Source: Felis catus (taxonomy: Eukaryota). From it: a DNA stretch of 64,000 nucleotides. Shown piece by piece: positions 38,368-53,400 of this stretch (its first letter is position 1; the number at the start of each line of letters is the position of its first letter). The stretch lies in NCBI RefSeq assembly GCF_018350175.1, contig NC_058381.1:39866001-39930000 (forward strand), given 5' to 3'. The notes beneath the pieces were generated by a model that searched no databases, had not been told where the DNA came from, and was given only the letters and a program-made list of their open reading frames with translations. Made by a program: the position numbers and the translations under genes.

Positions 38368-38919
38368 CTAGCAACAGCTGGGGCGGCAGCAGCTGGACAC
38401 ACAGCAGGTGGGGCGGCAGCAGGTGGTCCGGCAGCAGGTGGTCTGGCAGCAGGTGGGGCGGCAGCAAGGCTGGCAGCAGCTGGAGCCACAGCAATTAGAG
38501 CCACAGCAGCTGGAGCCCCCACAGCAGGGGCGGCAGCAGCTGGACACACAGCAGGTGGGGCGGCAGCAGGTGGTCCTGCAGCAGGTGGTCTGGCAGCAAG
38601 GCTGGCAGCAGCTGGAGCCACAGCAGCTGGAACCCCCACAGCAGGGGCGGCAGCAGGTGGTCCTGCAGCAGGTGGTCTGGCAGCAGGTGGGGCGGCAGCA
38701 GCTAGAGATGCAGCAGCTGGGCCTGCAGCAGCTGGAGCCACAGCAATTAGAGCCACAACAGCTGGAGCCACAGCAGGAGGGGCGGCAGCAGCTGGACACA
38801 CAGCAGGTGGGCCGGCAGCAGGTGGTCCTGCAGCACGTTGTCTGGCAGCAGGTGGGGCGGCAGCAAGGCTGGCAGCAGCTGGAGCCACAGCAGCTGGAGC
38901 CACAACAGGAGTTGACCAT
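38368..38919 (-). CDS. KRTAP4: KRTAP4-like type B, copy 2
   Basis: Protein identical to 15002-15553. Confidence 0.9.
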   Translation of the reverse strand: MVNSCCGSSCCGSSCCQPCCRPTCCQTTCCRTTCCRPTCCVSSCCRPSCCGSSCCGSNCCGSSCCRPSCCISSCCRPTCCQTTCCRTTCCRPCCGGSSCCGSSCCQPCCQTTCCRTTCCRPTCCVSSCCRPCCGGSSCCGSNCCGSSCCQPCCRPTCCQTTCCRTTCCRPTCCVSSCCRPSCC

Positions 38920-41900
38920 GGTATCAGAGGGTGGAGGTTCTGGGCTGGTTTCCAGGAGAGTGAGGGGCTGGACTTTGGAAGTCTCCTTGTGCCCTGGCCT
39001 CTTATATACTGCTCGTACCGGGTGATTTGTCAACACATCTTCCTTGTGTTTGTTTACCTAATATTTAAGTAATTGTCAGATTACAGAATAATGTGTGTCT
39101 ATGTACTGGTTGAAACTGATGGCAAAGAGGTTTTCTTGTTGGATGTGAGAAACTCTGCGTGGTCTGCTTTTCCTCCTGACCTACACCCACTGGCATCCTC
39201 TGGACCACTCTCCTCTTCTTCCTCCACAGCAGGCTGTCATGTGGTAGGTGGCATTTGCAATTACATTTCTTGTTTTCCTCTCCTACACCCCTAGCAGCAA
39301 GGGGTTAAGGCAAACCTGTTTTGGATTGTGCATTTCTTCCAATGGTCAGTGGGAGGGAACCCCATCTGCATAGTGTGGAGGTGGCATGGGACAAGAGGAA
39401 AAGGTCCTATTTTATGGGTCAGTTTTAATGAGGAAGGGAGTCAGTGTCTATGAACACGTGATGTTGGTAACCTCTGCCACTGGAATGGGTTTTCTTGTTT
39501 CTAACTTTAATGTTTCTGCCTTTGGATCACGTTCTCTACCCCAAAGCCACGGCAGACAATTGGGTGCATGGTTCCCATCACTGCCACGATTTGTAGTTCA
39601 TTGAGTGTTATCATTGCCGTCATGTATCTTTGCATTACATTTCTCTGGAAGGTCTTTAGACTGTGGAAGACACCGCCTTTACAAATTCTTATCTCATTCT
39701 TAATAAAGCATATTCTTCAATGGAGGAGAAAAAAAAAGTTGAATAATCAGAATGCACTCTCCTCTGATCTTATCTCCATAGCTGGGAATTCTAGAGTGCA
39801 CATTTGTTTGGATCCATTTAAAATGTGAATGGATTTTAGTGTAGTCAGGTTACATAGTTGGTCTTTATACTTATTCCCCATTTACTAATAGTCCAACTTG
39901 AGGATGCAGCAAGTATCTGAAGGGCTCATAAGATATGGTGCGACAAATCTCAGAAGTTCTGAATATGGCGCTAGGGGTGTGGGCTGAAATTTGGCATTTC
40001 TGCCAAGTACCCAGATGATGCTGAAGGCCCCAGGATGACACTTAGAGGCCTGTTCCTTTGTCCTGATCCTTTAAGCTCTGAGAGGTGCCTCTGTGTAGTT
40101 CCTGTGTGCTTTTAAAGCCGACTTGTTGAATGGCTTTAAAGAGATACACACATTGCCAGTTGTTGATGTTCTATGTACCGTTTAGGGTCTCCTCCCCGGA
40201 AATGCACAGGCTACTGAGAAGCCCCACCATGAACACACTTACAGATAACTGCAATGTAGTATTGAAAGAACCGTCAAAGGAGTTCGTAGTAGTATGATTT
40301 AACTAGAAGAATTGTGTTTGAGGCAAATCAGCCAAGAAGACAGTTTGGTAAAACCATAGAGTTACTCATAAATAAACTACTTAGTGTTTCTTGTTTACAT
40401 TTTGTGATTTATTTCGCAACGTAGAAGGGATTTACACACAGTTGAATCTATTTATCCTAAGTGTACTCATCCATAGTGATGAGTTATGATACACAGAAGC
40501 AGGTCCATGTAATCCCCCCATCTCTCAGTAGAACATTTCCATTATGGCAGAAAGTCCCCACTTGTCCCTTACTAAAGTCTGAACTACCATAGAGGCAATC
40601 ACTGTTTTCATGTATTTTTCACTGTAGAATAGTTTTGATCTAGACCTTTGAATAGATGATATGTAGTATATATCTCTAGCATATATACTGTTTCTAGAGA
40701 ATATGTTATTTCTCCTCTGTTTTGCACCATTAACATGCCTATGCCTATGCGAATCACTAACACTGGTGCATATATTAGTGGTTCATTTTGTGCTATATGA
40801 GAGAAGTATCAAGACTTATCCTAACTGTTTCCAATGTATGTTATGGTAGGGTAACCAGGCATTCCTTAAGCCCATCTTTCATTTTTAATCTTAAATAGAG
40901 ATGCATTTCAGTTCACCCTAAATTTTTTGAAAAAGTCTTTCATATTATTTAAAATGCACATATGCAGTGTGTGCAGCATGGTCTTGGCTTTGGGAGTTGA
41001 TTCCCTTGGTTTGTCACTTGCATGCAGCACTTGGTGCTTGTCCCATTGGGTGCCTCCTCTGTGCCCATCACCCATTTTCCCCACCCCACTGACCCTCAGT
41101 TTGTTCTCTGTATTTAGGACTCTGTTGGGCTTTGCCTCCCTCTCTAGAGACAGAGGCTGTTAAGTGCAGAGAACTAACTAAGGTCCCTGGAGGGGCTTGA
41201 GTGGGGGGATGGGCTAAGTGGGTGATGGCATTGGGGAGGGCACTTGTTTGGAAGGGCACTGGGTGTTGTATGTAAGTGAGGAATAACTAAATTCTATTGC
41301 TGAAACCATTACTACCCTGTNNNNNNNNNNNNNNNNNNNNNNNNNNNNNNNNNNNNNNNNNNNNNNNNNNNNNNNNNNNNNNNNNNNNNNNNNNNNNNNN
41401 NNNNNNNNNNNNNNNNNNNNNNNNNNNNNNNNNNNNNNNNNNNNNNNNNNNNNNNNNNNNNNNNNNNNNNNNNNNNNNNNNNNNNNNNNNNNNNNNNNNN
41501 NNNNNNNNNNNNNNNNNNNNNNNNNNNNNNNNNNNNNNNNNNNNNNNNNNNTGAGTGGGTGGCCCCTCGCTGTTTCCATTGCAGATCCTAGATCTATAGA
41601 AACTATACAATTCATCTACAGAGGGAAAAGAAACAAAAAACCAGTATGATCCCTGATGTCACAATATAGGTCTACATGTCACTAGTTTGTAGACAACCAG
41701 CCTTGATTTCCATTTCTGGCTGCACTCTGAAAGCTGGGTTCCTGGCCATGTAAGAGGAAGTGCTTAAGGAGGCCAAGACATGGCCAAGTAAGTACTGGGA
41801 ATTCATCTGCGCATGGCAAACAGAATAAACCCATTATAAAAGGCATTATTTTAGCTTAAGAGCAATATATTCCCATGTGTTTAAGTAAGAGTAGGTGGTA

Positions 41901-42055
41901 TTTTTACTTTACATTTTGGCAGATTTGTTGTGAAAAAATTCAGGCCATACCACATCATCTGAAGAGCAGAGAATACGTCCGATAGTTGGGCGAGGATCTG
42001 TCCCTTGGTACTGAGCTAGAGTTAGAAGGAAAGCATAGACATTGAAGAGCCCATC

Positions 42056-44263
42056 AAGAAATAGAAAATTTGAACAGACCCATAACCAGTAAAGAAATCG
42101 AATTAGTAGTCAAAAATGTCCCAAAACACAAGAGTCCAGAGCCAGATGGCTTTCCAGGGGACTTCTACCAAACATTTAAGGAAGAGTTCATACCTATTCT
42201 CTTGAAGCTGTTCCAAAAAATAGAAATGAAAGGAAAACTTTCATACCCTTTCTATGAAGCCAGCATTACCTTGATTCCAAAACCAACCCCATTAAAAAGG
42301 GGAACTATAGACCAATTTCCCTGATGAACATGGATGCAAAAATCCTCAAGATATTAGCCAACTGGATCCAACAATACTTAAAAAAAAAAAATTATTCACC
42401 TCGCCCAAGTGGGATTTATACCTGGGATGCAGGGCTGGTTCAATATCTGCAAAACAATTGACGTGATTCATCACATCAATGGAAGAAAGTTCAAGAACCC
42501 TATGATCCTCTCAATAGATGCAGAGAAAGCATTTGACAAGATACAGCGTCCTTTCTTGATAAAAACCCTCAAGAAAGTAGGGGCAGAAGGATCATACCTC
42601 GAGGTCATAAAAGCCATATATGAACAACCCAACACTAATATCATCCTTAATGGGGAAACACTGAGAGCTGTCCCCCTCCGGTCAGGAACACGACAGGGAT
42701 GTCCACTCTCACTACTGTTATTCAACATGGTATTGGAAGTCTTAGCCTCAGCAGTCAGACAACACAAAGAAATAAAGGGCATCCAAATGGGCCAGGAGGG
42801 AGTCAAACTTTCACTCTTTGCAGATGACTGATACTCTATATGGAAAACCCAAAAGATTCCACTAAAAAACTGCTAGAACTGATTCATGAATTCAGCAAGG
42901 TTGCAGTATATAAAATCAATGCACAGAAATCGGTTGCATTCCTACACACCGACAATGAAGCAACAGAAAGAGAAGTCAATGAATCGATCCTGTTTACAAC
43001 TGCACGCAAAACCATAAGATACCCAGGAATAAATCTAACCAAAGAAGTGAAAAATCTATACACTGAAAACTATAGAAAGCTTATGAAAGAAATTGGAGAA
43101 GACAAACCCCAAAAAGGAAAAATATTCCATGCTCCTGGATAGGAAGAACAAATATTGTTAAAAGGTCAATACTACCGAAAGCAACCTACATATTCAATGC
43201 AATCCCTATCAAAATAACACCAGCGTTCTTCACAGAGGTAGAACAAACAATCCTAAAATTTGTGTAGAACCAGAAAAGACCCCGAATAGCCAAAGCATTC
43301 TTGAAGAAGAAACCCAATGCAGGAGACATCACAATTCTGGACATCAAGCTGTATTACATAGCTGTAATCATCAAGACAGTATGGCACAAAAACAGACACT
43401 CAGGTCAGTGAAGCACAATAGAGAACCCAGAAAGGGATCCACAAACTTATGACCAACTAATCTTTGACAAAGCAGGAAAGAATATCCAATGGAATAAAGA
43501 CAGTCTCTTCAGCAAGTGGTGCTGAGAAAACTGGGCAGCGACATGCAGAAAAACGAACCTGGACCACTTTCTTACACCATCCACAACAATAAACTCAAAA
43601 TGGATGAAAGGCCTGAATGTAAGACAGGAAGCCATCAAAATCCCCAAAGAGAAAGCAGGCAAAAACCTCTTTGACCTTGGCCACAGCAGCTTCTTACTCA
43701 GCATGTCTCTGGAGGCAAGGGAGACAAAAGCAAAAATGAACTACTGGGACCTCATCAAAATAAAAGTTTCTGCACAGCAAAGAAAACAATCAGCAAAACT
43801 AACAGGCAACGCACGGAATGGGAGAAGATATTTGCAAATGACATATCAGATAAAGGGTTAGTATCCAAAATCTCTAAAGAAGTTATCAAACTCAACACCC
43901 CCAAAACAAATAATCCAGTGAAGACATGGGCAAAAGGCATGAACAGACACTTCTCCAAAGGAGACATCTGGGAAATACAAATCAAAGCCACCATGAGATA
44001 CCACCTCACACCTATCAGAACGGCTAACATTAACGACTCAGCTATAAACAGATGTTGGCGAGGATGTGGAGAAAGAGGATCTCTTTTGCACTGCTGGTGG
44101 GAATGCAAACTGGTGCAGCCACTCTGGAAACCAGTATGGAGGTTCCTCAACAAATTAAAAGTAGAACTACCCCACGACCCAGCAATTGCACTACTAGGTA
44201 TTTACCCAAGGGATACAGGTGGGCTGTTTCGAAGGGACGTATGCACCCTAACGTTTGTATATA

Positions 44264-44306
<43 letters not shown>

Positions 44307-44724
44307 ATATATATACACACACACACATCCACAATGGAGTATTACTCGGCAATCAAAAAGAATGGAATCTTGCCATTTGCAACTATGTGGATGGAACTAG
44401 AGGATATTATGCTAAGCAGAACTAGCAAGTCAGAGAAAGACAAATATTACATGACTTCACTCATATGAGGACTTTAAGATACAAACCAGATGAACATAAG
44501 GGAAGGGAAGAAAAATATAAAAACAGGGAGGGGGACAAAAACATAAGAGACTCATAAATATGGAGAACACAGAGAGGGTTACTGGAGGGGTTGAGGGAGG
44601 GGGGATGGGCTAAATGGGTAAGGGACATTAAGGAATCTACTCCTGAAATCACTGTTACACTATCTGCTAACTAACTTGGATGTAAATAAAAAAAAATAAA
44701 TTAAATAAAAATTGTTTTTTAAAA
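42056..44724 (+). mobile_element. 5'-truncated LINE-1, copy 2
   Basis: Duplicate of 18684-21352. Confidence 0.96.
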
Positions 44725-45065
44725 AAGAGCCCATCTGTGACCCACTGGCAAATGCAATCTCTTTCTAAGCCTTTCTAAATCTCTTACCCACTGGTAAATG
44801 TCAGTGGATCTTACCATGAAAAATGAGAAATAGAAGAAAGCTTACCACTTCTCAAATCCTATTAGAAAAAACAACTGTTGTATATTGTATTTTTCCACGG
44901 AGGAGCCAGCTCACATATTAACATATGAATTCTTTTTCTTGCGAAGACGCCATGGAAGCATTCATTTGACTAACAACACCCTAATATTGCATTTTTACAA
45001 TGAAAAAAAATGCACATACGGTGTAAAGCATACAAAGTACATGTACGTGATAAAAAATAGTTATA

Positions 45066-45270
45066 GGGGCGCCTGGGTGGCTCAGTTGGTTGAGCGTCCA
45101 GCTTCAGCTCAGGTCATGATCTCGCTTTCTGTGGGTTCGAGCCCCATGTCGGCCTCTGTGCTGACAGCTCAGAGCCTGGAGCCTGCATCCGATTCTGTGT
45201 CTCCCTCTCCGGCCCCTCCCCCGCTCGTGCCCTGTCTCTCTCTCGCTCCCTCAAAAATAAGTAAACATTA
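45066..45270 (+). mobile_element. CanSINE, copy 2
   Basis: Duplicate of 21694-21898. Confidence 0.96.
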
Positions 45271-46555
45271 AAAAAATAGTTATAGAGCAAACATCCACGT
45301 ATCAAAACCTGGAGTCAAGAAATAGAACCTTGTTACTACTAAGAAGGCTCTTCTATGCCCTTTCTTGACCACGAACACTTTTCCACCCTCCAGATGATTA
45401 TTATGCTGATTTTTCAAGTAATCTTTTCATTTATTTTTCTTGCAGTTTCATTACCTATGTAGGCATCCCTATATGATACAGTTTTATTTCGCATCTTTCT
45501 GAATTTTTATAGGAATGAAATCTCACTGTAAGTGTAACTTTTTTACTCAATGTTATGGAAGAGTTTGGGTAGGTAGCTTCCAAGAAGGTCCAATGTTTTC
45601 CACCTCTTGGAGTTCATGGTCTCATGTAATTCCCACCCCTCAAGTAAACTGCCTATCAACAGGATATGACAACATCAAGTGATTGAGTTACAAAGGATTG
45701 TGACTTTCATCTTAATGCCGACTCTTTCTGTCTCTCACTGGCTTTGATGAAGCCAGGTCCTATGTGAGAGATCCTTGCAGCAAAGAACTGAGCATAGTCT
45801 CCATTCAACAACCAGCAAGGAAGCGAGGGCCTCCCACCTGTGGCCCTAAAGGATCTGAACCCTGCCGCATAAATGTAGTTGGAAGTAGAGTCTTCCCCAG
45901 GCGAGACCTCAGATGAGACCCCAGTGCTAGCCAGCACCTTGAGTGCAGCCATGTGAAACCCTATGAAATGGAGAGTCTGGGTGGGCCATACCTGGATTTG
46001 GATCCACAGAAGTAGAGAAAATAAATGTCACTATAAGCTGCTAAATTTGGGGGTAATGTTACATAACAGTAGGTAACCAGTATAGATTTATCTAGGACCA
46101 CGGCACACACAGGTGAGAAGGGAGGCATCGAAAGGTGCCAAGAAATAGAAATGCTAAAATGGATATAGCCATAAGGTCACAAAGCCCACGTAGCCATTCC
46201 CTGGGAGGGTCTGGGGCACTCTCTTTACCACACTATTAGGGACTCATCAAGTACCGGTGTCAGCAGCATCTTGGGAGAGGAGTGCCTATTGTCTAAAGTT
46301 GGAGGTTGTGGTAGGGAATACTGTGACCAAACTGTGCTCCCTAGGAAGAATGGGGATGGTCATAGCTCTGAATGACTGAGTCATGTGCAGGACTTAATTG
46401 TAGGAAGTAGTGTGGGTATCATTATGTGATTGCCAACAAGGTTGGAATGACAAAGGGGGCAGAATGATATGTGACCCTCAGGGATCTATCAATATGGATA
46501 ATAAAGCATGATGTCCCTCATATAGGATATAGGCAGCCAACTCAGATACACCTTA

Positions 46556-46611
<56 letters not shown>

Positions 46612-49105
46612 AGGTGTGTGCGTGCATTTAAAGGAACAAGAATAAAAGAACAAAGGCTGAGACCATGAACCAATGGAAAGTCATGATCCCTGGCAGAGTT
46701 TGCAGAGTCAGGCTATTAAGTAGACCTAGAAACCATTAACCTAGAAATGAAGAGGCCAGTCGTCTAGGATGAAGGGCTGCACAAGTATATATCATAGAAT
46801 TTCTTTCATCCTTACTCAAGGAATCTATGGCCATTGGTTCAGCAGAAACAGGAATACTCATGTGTTTGCAGGCTGTCGGATGAGATCTGAGCTGAACTCA
46901 CTACTGGATACGTACAATCGTTCATGGTTCCTATTTAAACACCTTGATCTAATGTCAGAGTTGAAGGAGAAGGTTCCTCACTACCTTCACCCCAGTGATC
47001 CACTGGGGAGAATTTATGCCACCTTCTACCATAATCGTAGCCTGTGAACATCTAGAGGTCTCGGCTCTAAGACAGGAAAGCTACCTGGAAGGGACATGGT
47101 AAAGTTCTGTGTGGCATTAACCTCCGGCTGCCACCTTATCCTTTTGGACTTCTAGTGCCTACACATAGGAGCTATGGGAGCCACAAGGAATATGTTTAGC
47201 ATATTACATGTTTAGGTGATCTACAGGGACATTCGTGGTATTCCTATTCCTGACATTCACTGCAGATGGACAAGTAGTTGTAGTCTGAAGAGGACACAGG
47301 AACCATGGGTTCAGAACTCTCAGGAAGGGAGACCATGGTCACTATACCAGGCAAGTCAGCTAAAGGAGCGCAGAAGCTGCCCATTAACTCTCATCTTCTA
47401 GGTTTTTATAGAAACTGTGGCAAACGACCTGGAGCAAGGTTACTGAGAGAAATGCATAGATATGGGCAGAACCAGGAGTAGGTATACGATATCCCATTCT
47501 GTTTCTCTTTGCCATACATGCCCTCACCCACAAGGTAGTTGAGTGTGGGCTACGCGTGGTTCACACTGATCACGCACTATCTGCAGGTAACTGTCTCAGG
47601 CTCTGGGGTGGGGGACACCTGGAGTTCTTGCTCTCCATCCTTTCCACTCACCAAAGGATGTTGACGTAGGAGCACAAAGGCCCAGGCGCTTTTTCCACTA
47701 AGATGAGCAAGCCTGTGGCCCAGTACACACCCCTCATGTGTGGGTCAGAATACGGGGGCGGAGTTGAACCGAAAGCACCCTTTGTCTTAGCTTCTTTTAC
47801 TACCCTGTGCTGACTCCGCTTTGCACTGGGTCTCCTGAGAGCACCTCCTTCCTCATGCAGTACTTATGCAGGAATACCCGTTGTAGGCTCTGGTATTTTG
47901 AATGCAACGTGAGAATCACATTTTGGTGTGGTCCGTCTCAAGCATAGCCTCCTTGAGAGAGACACTTCCTAACATGGTGAGCTGTTTTATTGGTGGGAGT
48001 GTCGGCAGTCCTTTGGGATATATGATCTTCCAAGAATTGGACACAGGAAGTCTAAAACCAAGTGTGCACAAACTGTGAGAAGAAACAACATCCTATGAAA
48101 AGATTCAGTGGTTCAGCGGAGAATGAGGTCGAGAGCCCACAGTGTCACCCAGTGACCGTTCATATCATAGGGAAATGTTTGAAGGCACTGTTACTGAGAC
48201 TAGGAACCCTGGTGTCAGGTCGACCTCAGGGTCGGAGCTCAAAACAGAGGCTTGAGACCAAGTAGATTGTCCGGGAGGTGGTCCCAAGTAGTGCTCTAGG
48301 GATACTGTGAAGTGATCCAGGGAAGGGTGGAAACCAATCCAGGTTGATTTCAAGAGCAGGTGAGTCCTGTGGGCATCGGGGGTTCGTTCAGTGCTACTGA
48401 GGCCCTCTGGTCTCACACGCCCACTCAAGGGGAAAGAGGCTAGAGCACTTATCCACCAACTACTGGCCACCTTTCAAACGCTTCTCCCAGGCACTTGCCT
48501 TCCCTGCTCTGTCCTGTGATAAACGTTCCTTCACGTAGACCGAGCCCTCCACAGAGAGTTCCAGGTGCTTGCTGCAAGGCACCGTCCTAAACTGTTAGCG
48601 TGGGAAGCGCCGAGGTGATAGAAGTGAAAGTCCTGAAATCGCCTGCTATGACCTGCTCGTTGTGCAGAGAATAGTAGAAGACCTGACAGCTAAGGGTGAC
48701 CATTGAAGAAGGAAAAAGAATGAGACACGATTTCTTATATTTATGCCTGGAAAATCAAGATTTATTTGACGTACAGAAACATCTCCATATCAGAAAATCT
48801 GGCAGTAGCTGATACATCAATCAGAGTGGCACGTTAACCTATATCAGATAATACAATCTTTGTAGTGATTTGCGGTGGAGTTAGTAACAAGGAGGTGAGG
48901 AGGGAGTGGGCGGTAGGGAGGTATATTCCAAGGCCAACCATTGAAAAATCACTGGGAACTGAGGTTTTACAGTTGGCCTCACATGATTCAGCTCCCAGTT
49001 GGACGACATGAAGGAGGTTGGCTGACGAAAACAGCAGGGTGCAGGTCAGGGCACTCAGCAGCAGCAAGAGCCACTAGAGCAGGTTGGTGGGTGGTGGCAG
49101 GGGGT

Positions 49106-49702
49106 CTAGCAACAGCTGGGGCGGCAGCAGCTGGACACACAGCAGGTGGGGCGGCAGCAGGTGGTCCGGCAGCAGGTGGTCTGGCAGCAGGTGGGGCGGC
49201 AGCAAGGCTGGCAGCAGCTGGAGCCACAGCAATTCGAGCCACAGCCGCTGGAACCCCCACAGCAGGGGCGGCAGCAGCTGGACACACAGCAGGTGGGGCG
49301 GCAGCAGGTGGTCCGGCAGCAGGTGGTCTGGCAGCAGGTGGGGCGGCAGCAGGGCTGGCAGCAGCTGGAGCCACAGCAGCTGGAACCCCCACAGCAGGGC
49401 CGGCAGCAGCTAGAGATGCAGCAGCTGGGCCTGCAGCAGCTGGAACCACAGCAGCTGGGGCGGCAGCAAGTGGTCCTGCAGCAGGTGGTCTGGCAGCAGG
49501 TGGGGCGGCAGCAAGGCTGGCAGCAGCTGGAGCCACAGCAGCTGGAACCCCCACAGCAGGGGCGGCAGCAGCTGGAGCCACAGCAGCTGGGGCGACAGCA
49601 GGTGGTCCTGCAGCAGGTGGTCTGGCAGCAGCTGGGGCGGCAACAAGTCTCCTGGCCACAGCCCTGGTCAGAGCAGACGGAGCCACAACACGAGTTGACC
49701 AT
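49106..49702 (-). CDS. KRTAP4: KRTAP4-like type A, copy 3
   Basis: Protein identical to 2389-2985. Confidence 0.93.
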   Translation of the reverse strand: MVNSCCGSVCSDQGCGQETCCRPSCCQTTCCRTTCCRPSCCGSSCCRPCCGGSSCCGSSCCQPCCRPTCCQTTCCRTTCCRPSCCGSSCCRPSCCISSCCRPCCGGSSCCGSSCCQPCCRPTCCQTTCCRTTCCRPTCCVSSCCRPCCGGSSGCGSNCCGSSCCQPCCRPTCCQTTCCRTTCCRPTCCVSSCCRPSCC

Positions 49703-50447
49703 GGTGTCAGAGGGTGGAGGTTCTGGGATGGTTTCCAGGAGAGTAGGGGCTTGAGTCTGATGTCTCCTCGTGCCATGGCCTCTTATATACTGCCCGTCCA
49801 TGGTGAGTTGTCAACACATCTTCCTTGTGTTTGTTTACCTAATATTAACTAATTATCAGATTACACAATAATGTTTGTGCATGTAATGGTTTAAACTTGT
49901 GGGGAACAAAATTTCTTTTCTCGATGTGATGAATTCTCTCTGGTCTGTGTTTCCTCCTGATTCACACCCACTGGCATCTTCCTGACCACTTTCTCCTCAT
50001 CTTCCTCCACCGTGGGCTGTCACGTGATAGGTGGCATTTGCAATTACATTCCGTACTCTCCCTCCTGTATCCCCTAGCAGGTAGGATAAGGGCCGTCCTA
50101 TTTTTGGTGGTGCATTTCTTCCAATGGTCAGTGGCATGAGTAATGATCTGCATGTGACAAGAAGAAAAGGCCCTCTTTATGGCGGCAGTTTGGAGCAAAG
50201 GGGACAGCTGTATATTTGTATGACGTTGCCGATTTCTAGCCACTGGACTGGGTTTTTTTGGATGTTTCTACCTTGGATCACGTCCTCTAGCCTACAACCG
50301 TGGCAGACAATTATCTGTATGGTTCCCATCACTGCCATGCTTCATGGTTCATGAAGTGTTAACCTTGGTGTCATGTATGTTTGGTTTTATTTCTCCAGAT
50401 GCTCTTATCTTGTGGAAGACATTGCTTTACTTTTGTTTCTTACTCTT

Positions 50448-53400
50448 TTTTTAATATGAAATTTGTTGTCAAATTGGTTTCCATACAACACCCAGTGCTC
50501 ATCCCAACAGGTGCCCTCCTTAATACCCATCACGAACCCACCCCTCCCTCCCATCCCCCACCCCCCCATCAACCCTCAGTTTGTTCTCAGTTTTTAAGAG
50601 TCTCTTATCTTTTGGCTCCCTCCCTCTCTAACCTTTCTTTTTCCCTTCCCCTCCCCCATGGTCTTCTGGTAAGTTTCTCAGGATCCACATAAGAGTGAAA
50701 ACATATGGTATCTGTCTTTGTATGACTTATTTCACTTAGCATAACACTCTTTTCACTTCGCATAATACTCTCCAGTTCCATCCATGTTGCCACAAAAGGG
50801 CATATTTCATTTTTTCTCATTGCCACGTAGTATTCCGTTGTGTATATAAACCATAATTTCTTTATCCTTTCATCAGTTGGTGGACATTTAAAGGCTCTTT
50901 CCATAATTTGGCTATTGTTGAAAGTGCTGCTATAAACATTGGGGTACAAGTGCCCCTGTGCATCAGCACTCCTGTATCCCTTGGGTAAATTCCTAGCAGT
51001 GCTATTGCTGGGTCATAGGGTAGATCTATTTTTAATTTTCTGAGGAACCTCCACACTGTTTTCCAGAGAGGCTGCACCAGTTTGCGTTCCCACCAACAGT
51101 GCAAGAGGGTTCCCGTTTCTCCACATCCTCGCCAGCATCTATAGTTTCCCGATTTGTTCCTTTTTGCCACTCTGACTGGCGTAAGGTAGTATCTCAGTGC
51201 GGTTTTGATTGTGTTTCCCTCATGAGGAGCGACGTTGAGCATCTTTTCATGTGTCTGTTGGCCATCTGGGTGTCTTCTTTAGAGAAGTGTCTATTCATGT
51301 TTTCTGCCCATTTCTTCACTGGATTATTTGCTTTTCGGGTGTGGAGTTTGGTGAGCTCTTTATAGATTTTGGATACTAGCCGTTTGTCCGACATGTCATT
51401 TGCAAATATCTTTTCCCATTCCGTTGGTTGCCTTTTAGTTTTGTTGATTGTTTCCTTTGCAGTGCAGAAGCTTTTTATCTTCATGAGGTCCCAATAGTTC
51501 ATTTTTGCTTTTAATTCCTTTGCCTTTGGGGATGTGTCAAGTAAGAAATTTCTGCGGCTGAGGTCAGAGGGGTGTTCTCCCGCTTTCTCCTCTAGGGTTT
51601 TGATGGTTTCCTGTCTCACATTCTGGTCCTTTATCCATTTTGAGTTTATTTTTGTGAATGGTGTAAGAAAGTGGTCTAGTTTCATCCTTCTGCATGTTGC
51701 TGTTGAGTTCTCCCAGCACCATTTGTTAAAGAGACTGTCTTTTTTCCGTTGGATGTTCTTTCCTGCTTTGTCAAAGGTTAGTTGGCCATACTTTTGTGGG
51801 TCTAATTCTGGGGTTTCTATTCTATTCCATTGGTCTATGTGTCTGTTTTTGTGCCCATACCGTGCTGTCTTGATGATTATAGCTTTGTAGTAGAGGCTAA
51901 AGTCTGGGATTGTGATGGCTCCCGCTTTGGTCTTCTTCTTCAAAATTACTTTGGCTATTCGGGGCCTTTTGTGGTTCCATACACATTTTAGGATTGCTTG
52001 TTCTAGCTTCGGGANNNNNNNNNNNNNNNNNNNNNNNNNNNNNNNNNNNNNNNNNNNNNNNNNNNNNNNNNNNNNNNNNNNNNNNNNNNNNNNNNNNNNN
52101 NNNNNNNNNNNNNNNNNNNNNNNNNNNNNNNNNNNNNNNNNNNNNNCAATTTTCTTCATAAGCTTTCTATAGTTTTCAGCAGACAGATCTTTTACATCTT
52201 TGTGTAGGTTTATTCCTAGGTATTTTATGCTTCTTGGTGCAGTTGTGAATGGGATCAGTTTGTTTATTTGTCTTTCTGTTGCTTCATTATTAGTGTATAA
52301 GAATGCAACTGATTTCTGTACATTGAGTTTGTATCCTGCGACTTTGCTGAATTCATGTATCAGTTCTAGCAGACTTTTGGTGGAGTCTTTCGTGTTTTCC
52401 ATGTATAATATCGTGTCATTGCAAAAAGTGAAGGCTTGACTTCATCGTTGCCAGTTTTGATGTTTGATGTTTCCTTTTGTTGTCTGATTGCTGATGCTAG
52501 CACTTCCAACACTATGTTAAACAACAGCGGTGAGAGTGGACATCCCTGTCGTGTTCCTGATCACAGGGGGAAAGCTCTCAGTGTTTCCCCATTGAGGATG
52601 ATATTAGCTGTGGGCTTTTCATAGATGGCTTTTATGATGTTTAGGTATGTTCCTTCTATCCCGACTTTCTCGAGGGTTTTTAATTAAGAAAGGATGCTGA
52701 ATTTTGTCAAATCCCTTTTCTGCATCGATGCACAGGATCATATGGTTCTTNNNNNNNNNNNNNNNNNNNNNNNNNNNNNNNNNNNNNNNNNNNNNNNNNN
52801 NNNNNNNNNNNNNNNNNNNNNNNNNNNNNNNNNNNNNNNNNNNNNNNNNNNNNNNNNNNNNNNNNNNNNNNNNNNNNNNNNNNNNNNNNNNNNNNNNNNN
52901 NNNNNNNNNNNNNNNNNNNNNNNNNNNNNNNNNNNNNNNNNNNNNNNNNNNNNNNNNNNNNNNNNNNNNNNNNNNATCAGAGTAATGCTGGAAGTTTCCC
53001 TTCCCTTTCTATTTTTTGGAATAGGTTGAGAAGGACAGGTATTATCTCTGCTTTGAATGTCTGGTAGAATTCCCCTGGGTAGGCATCTGGTCCTGGACTC
53101 TTATTTGTTGGGAGATTTTTGATAGCTGATTCAATTTCTTTGCTGGTTATGGGTCTGTTCAAGTTTTCTATTTCTTCCTGTTTGAGTTTGGGAAGTGTGT
53201 GGGTGCTTAGGAATTTGTCCATTTCCTCCAGGTTGTCCAGTGTGTTGGCAGGACATAGTATTTTTCATAGTATTCCCTGATAATTGCTTGTATTTCTGAG
53301 GGATTGGTTGTAATAATTCCATTTTCATTCACGATTTTGTCTATTTGGATGATCTCCCTTTTCTTTTTGAGAAGCCTGGCTGGAGGTTTATCAATTTTGT

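Larger units (their letters stand above)
24000..47371. repeat. Tandem unit, copy 2 (23,372 bp)
   Basis: Constant 23,372 offset to copy 3 (24690/48062, 38368/61740). Confidence 0.97.
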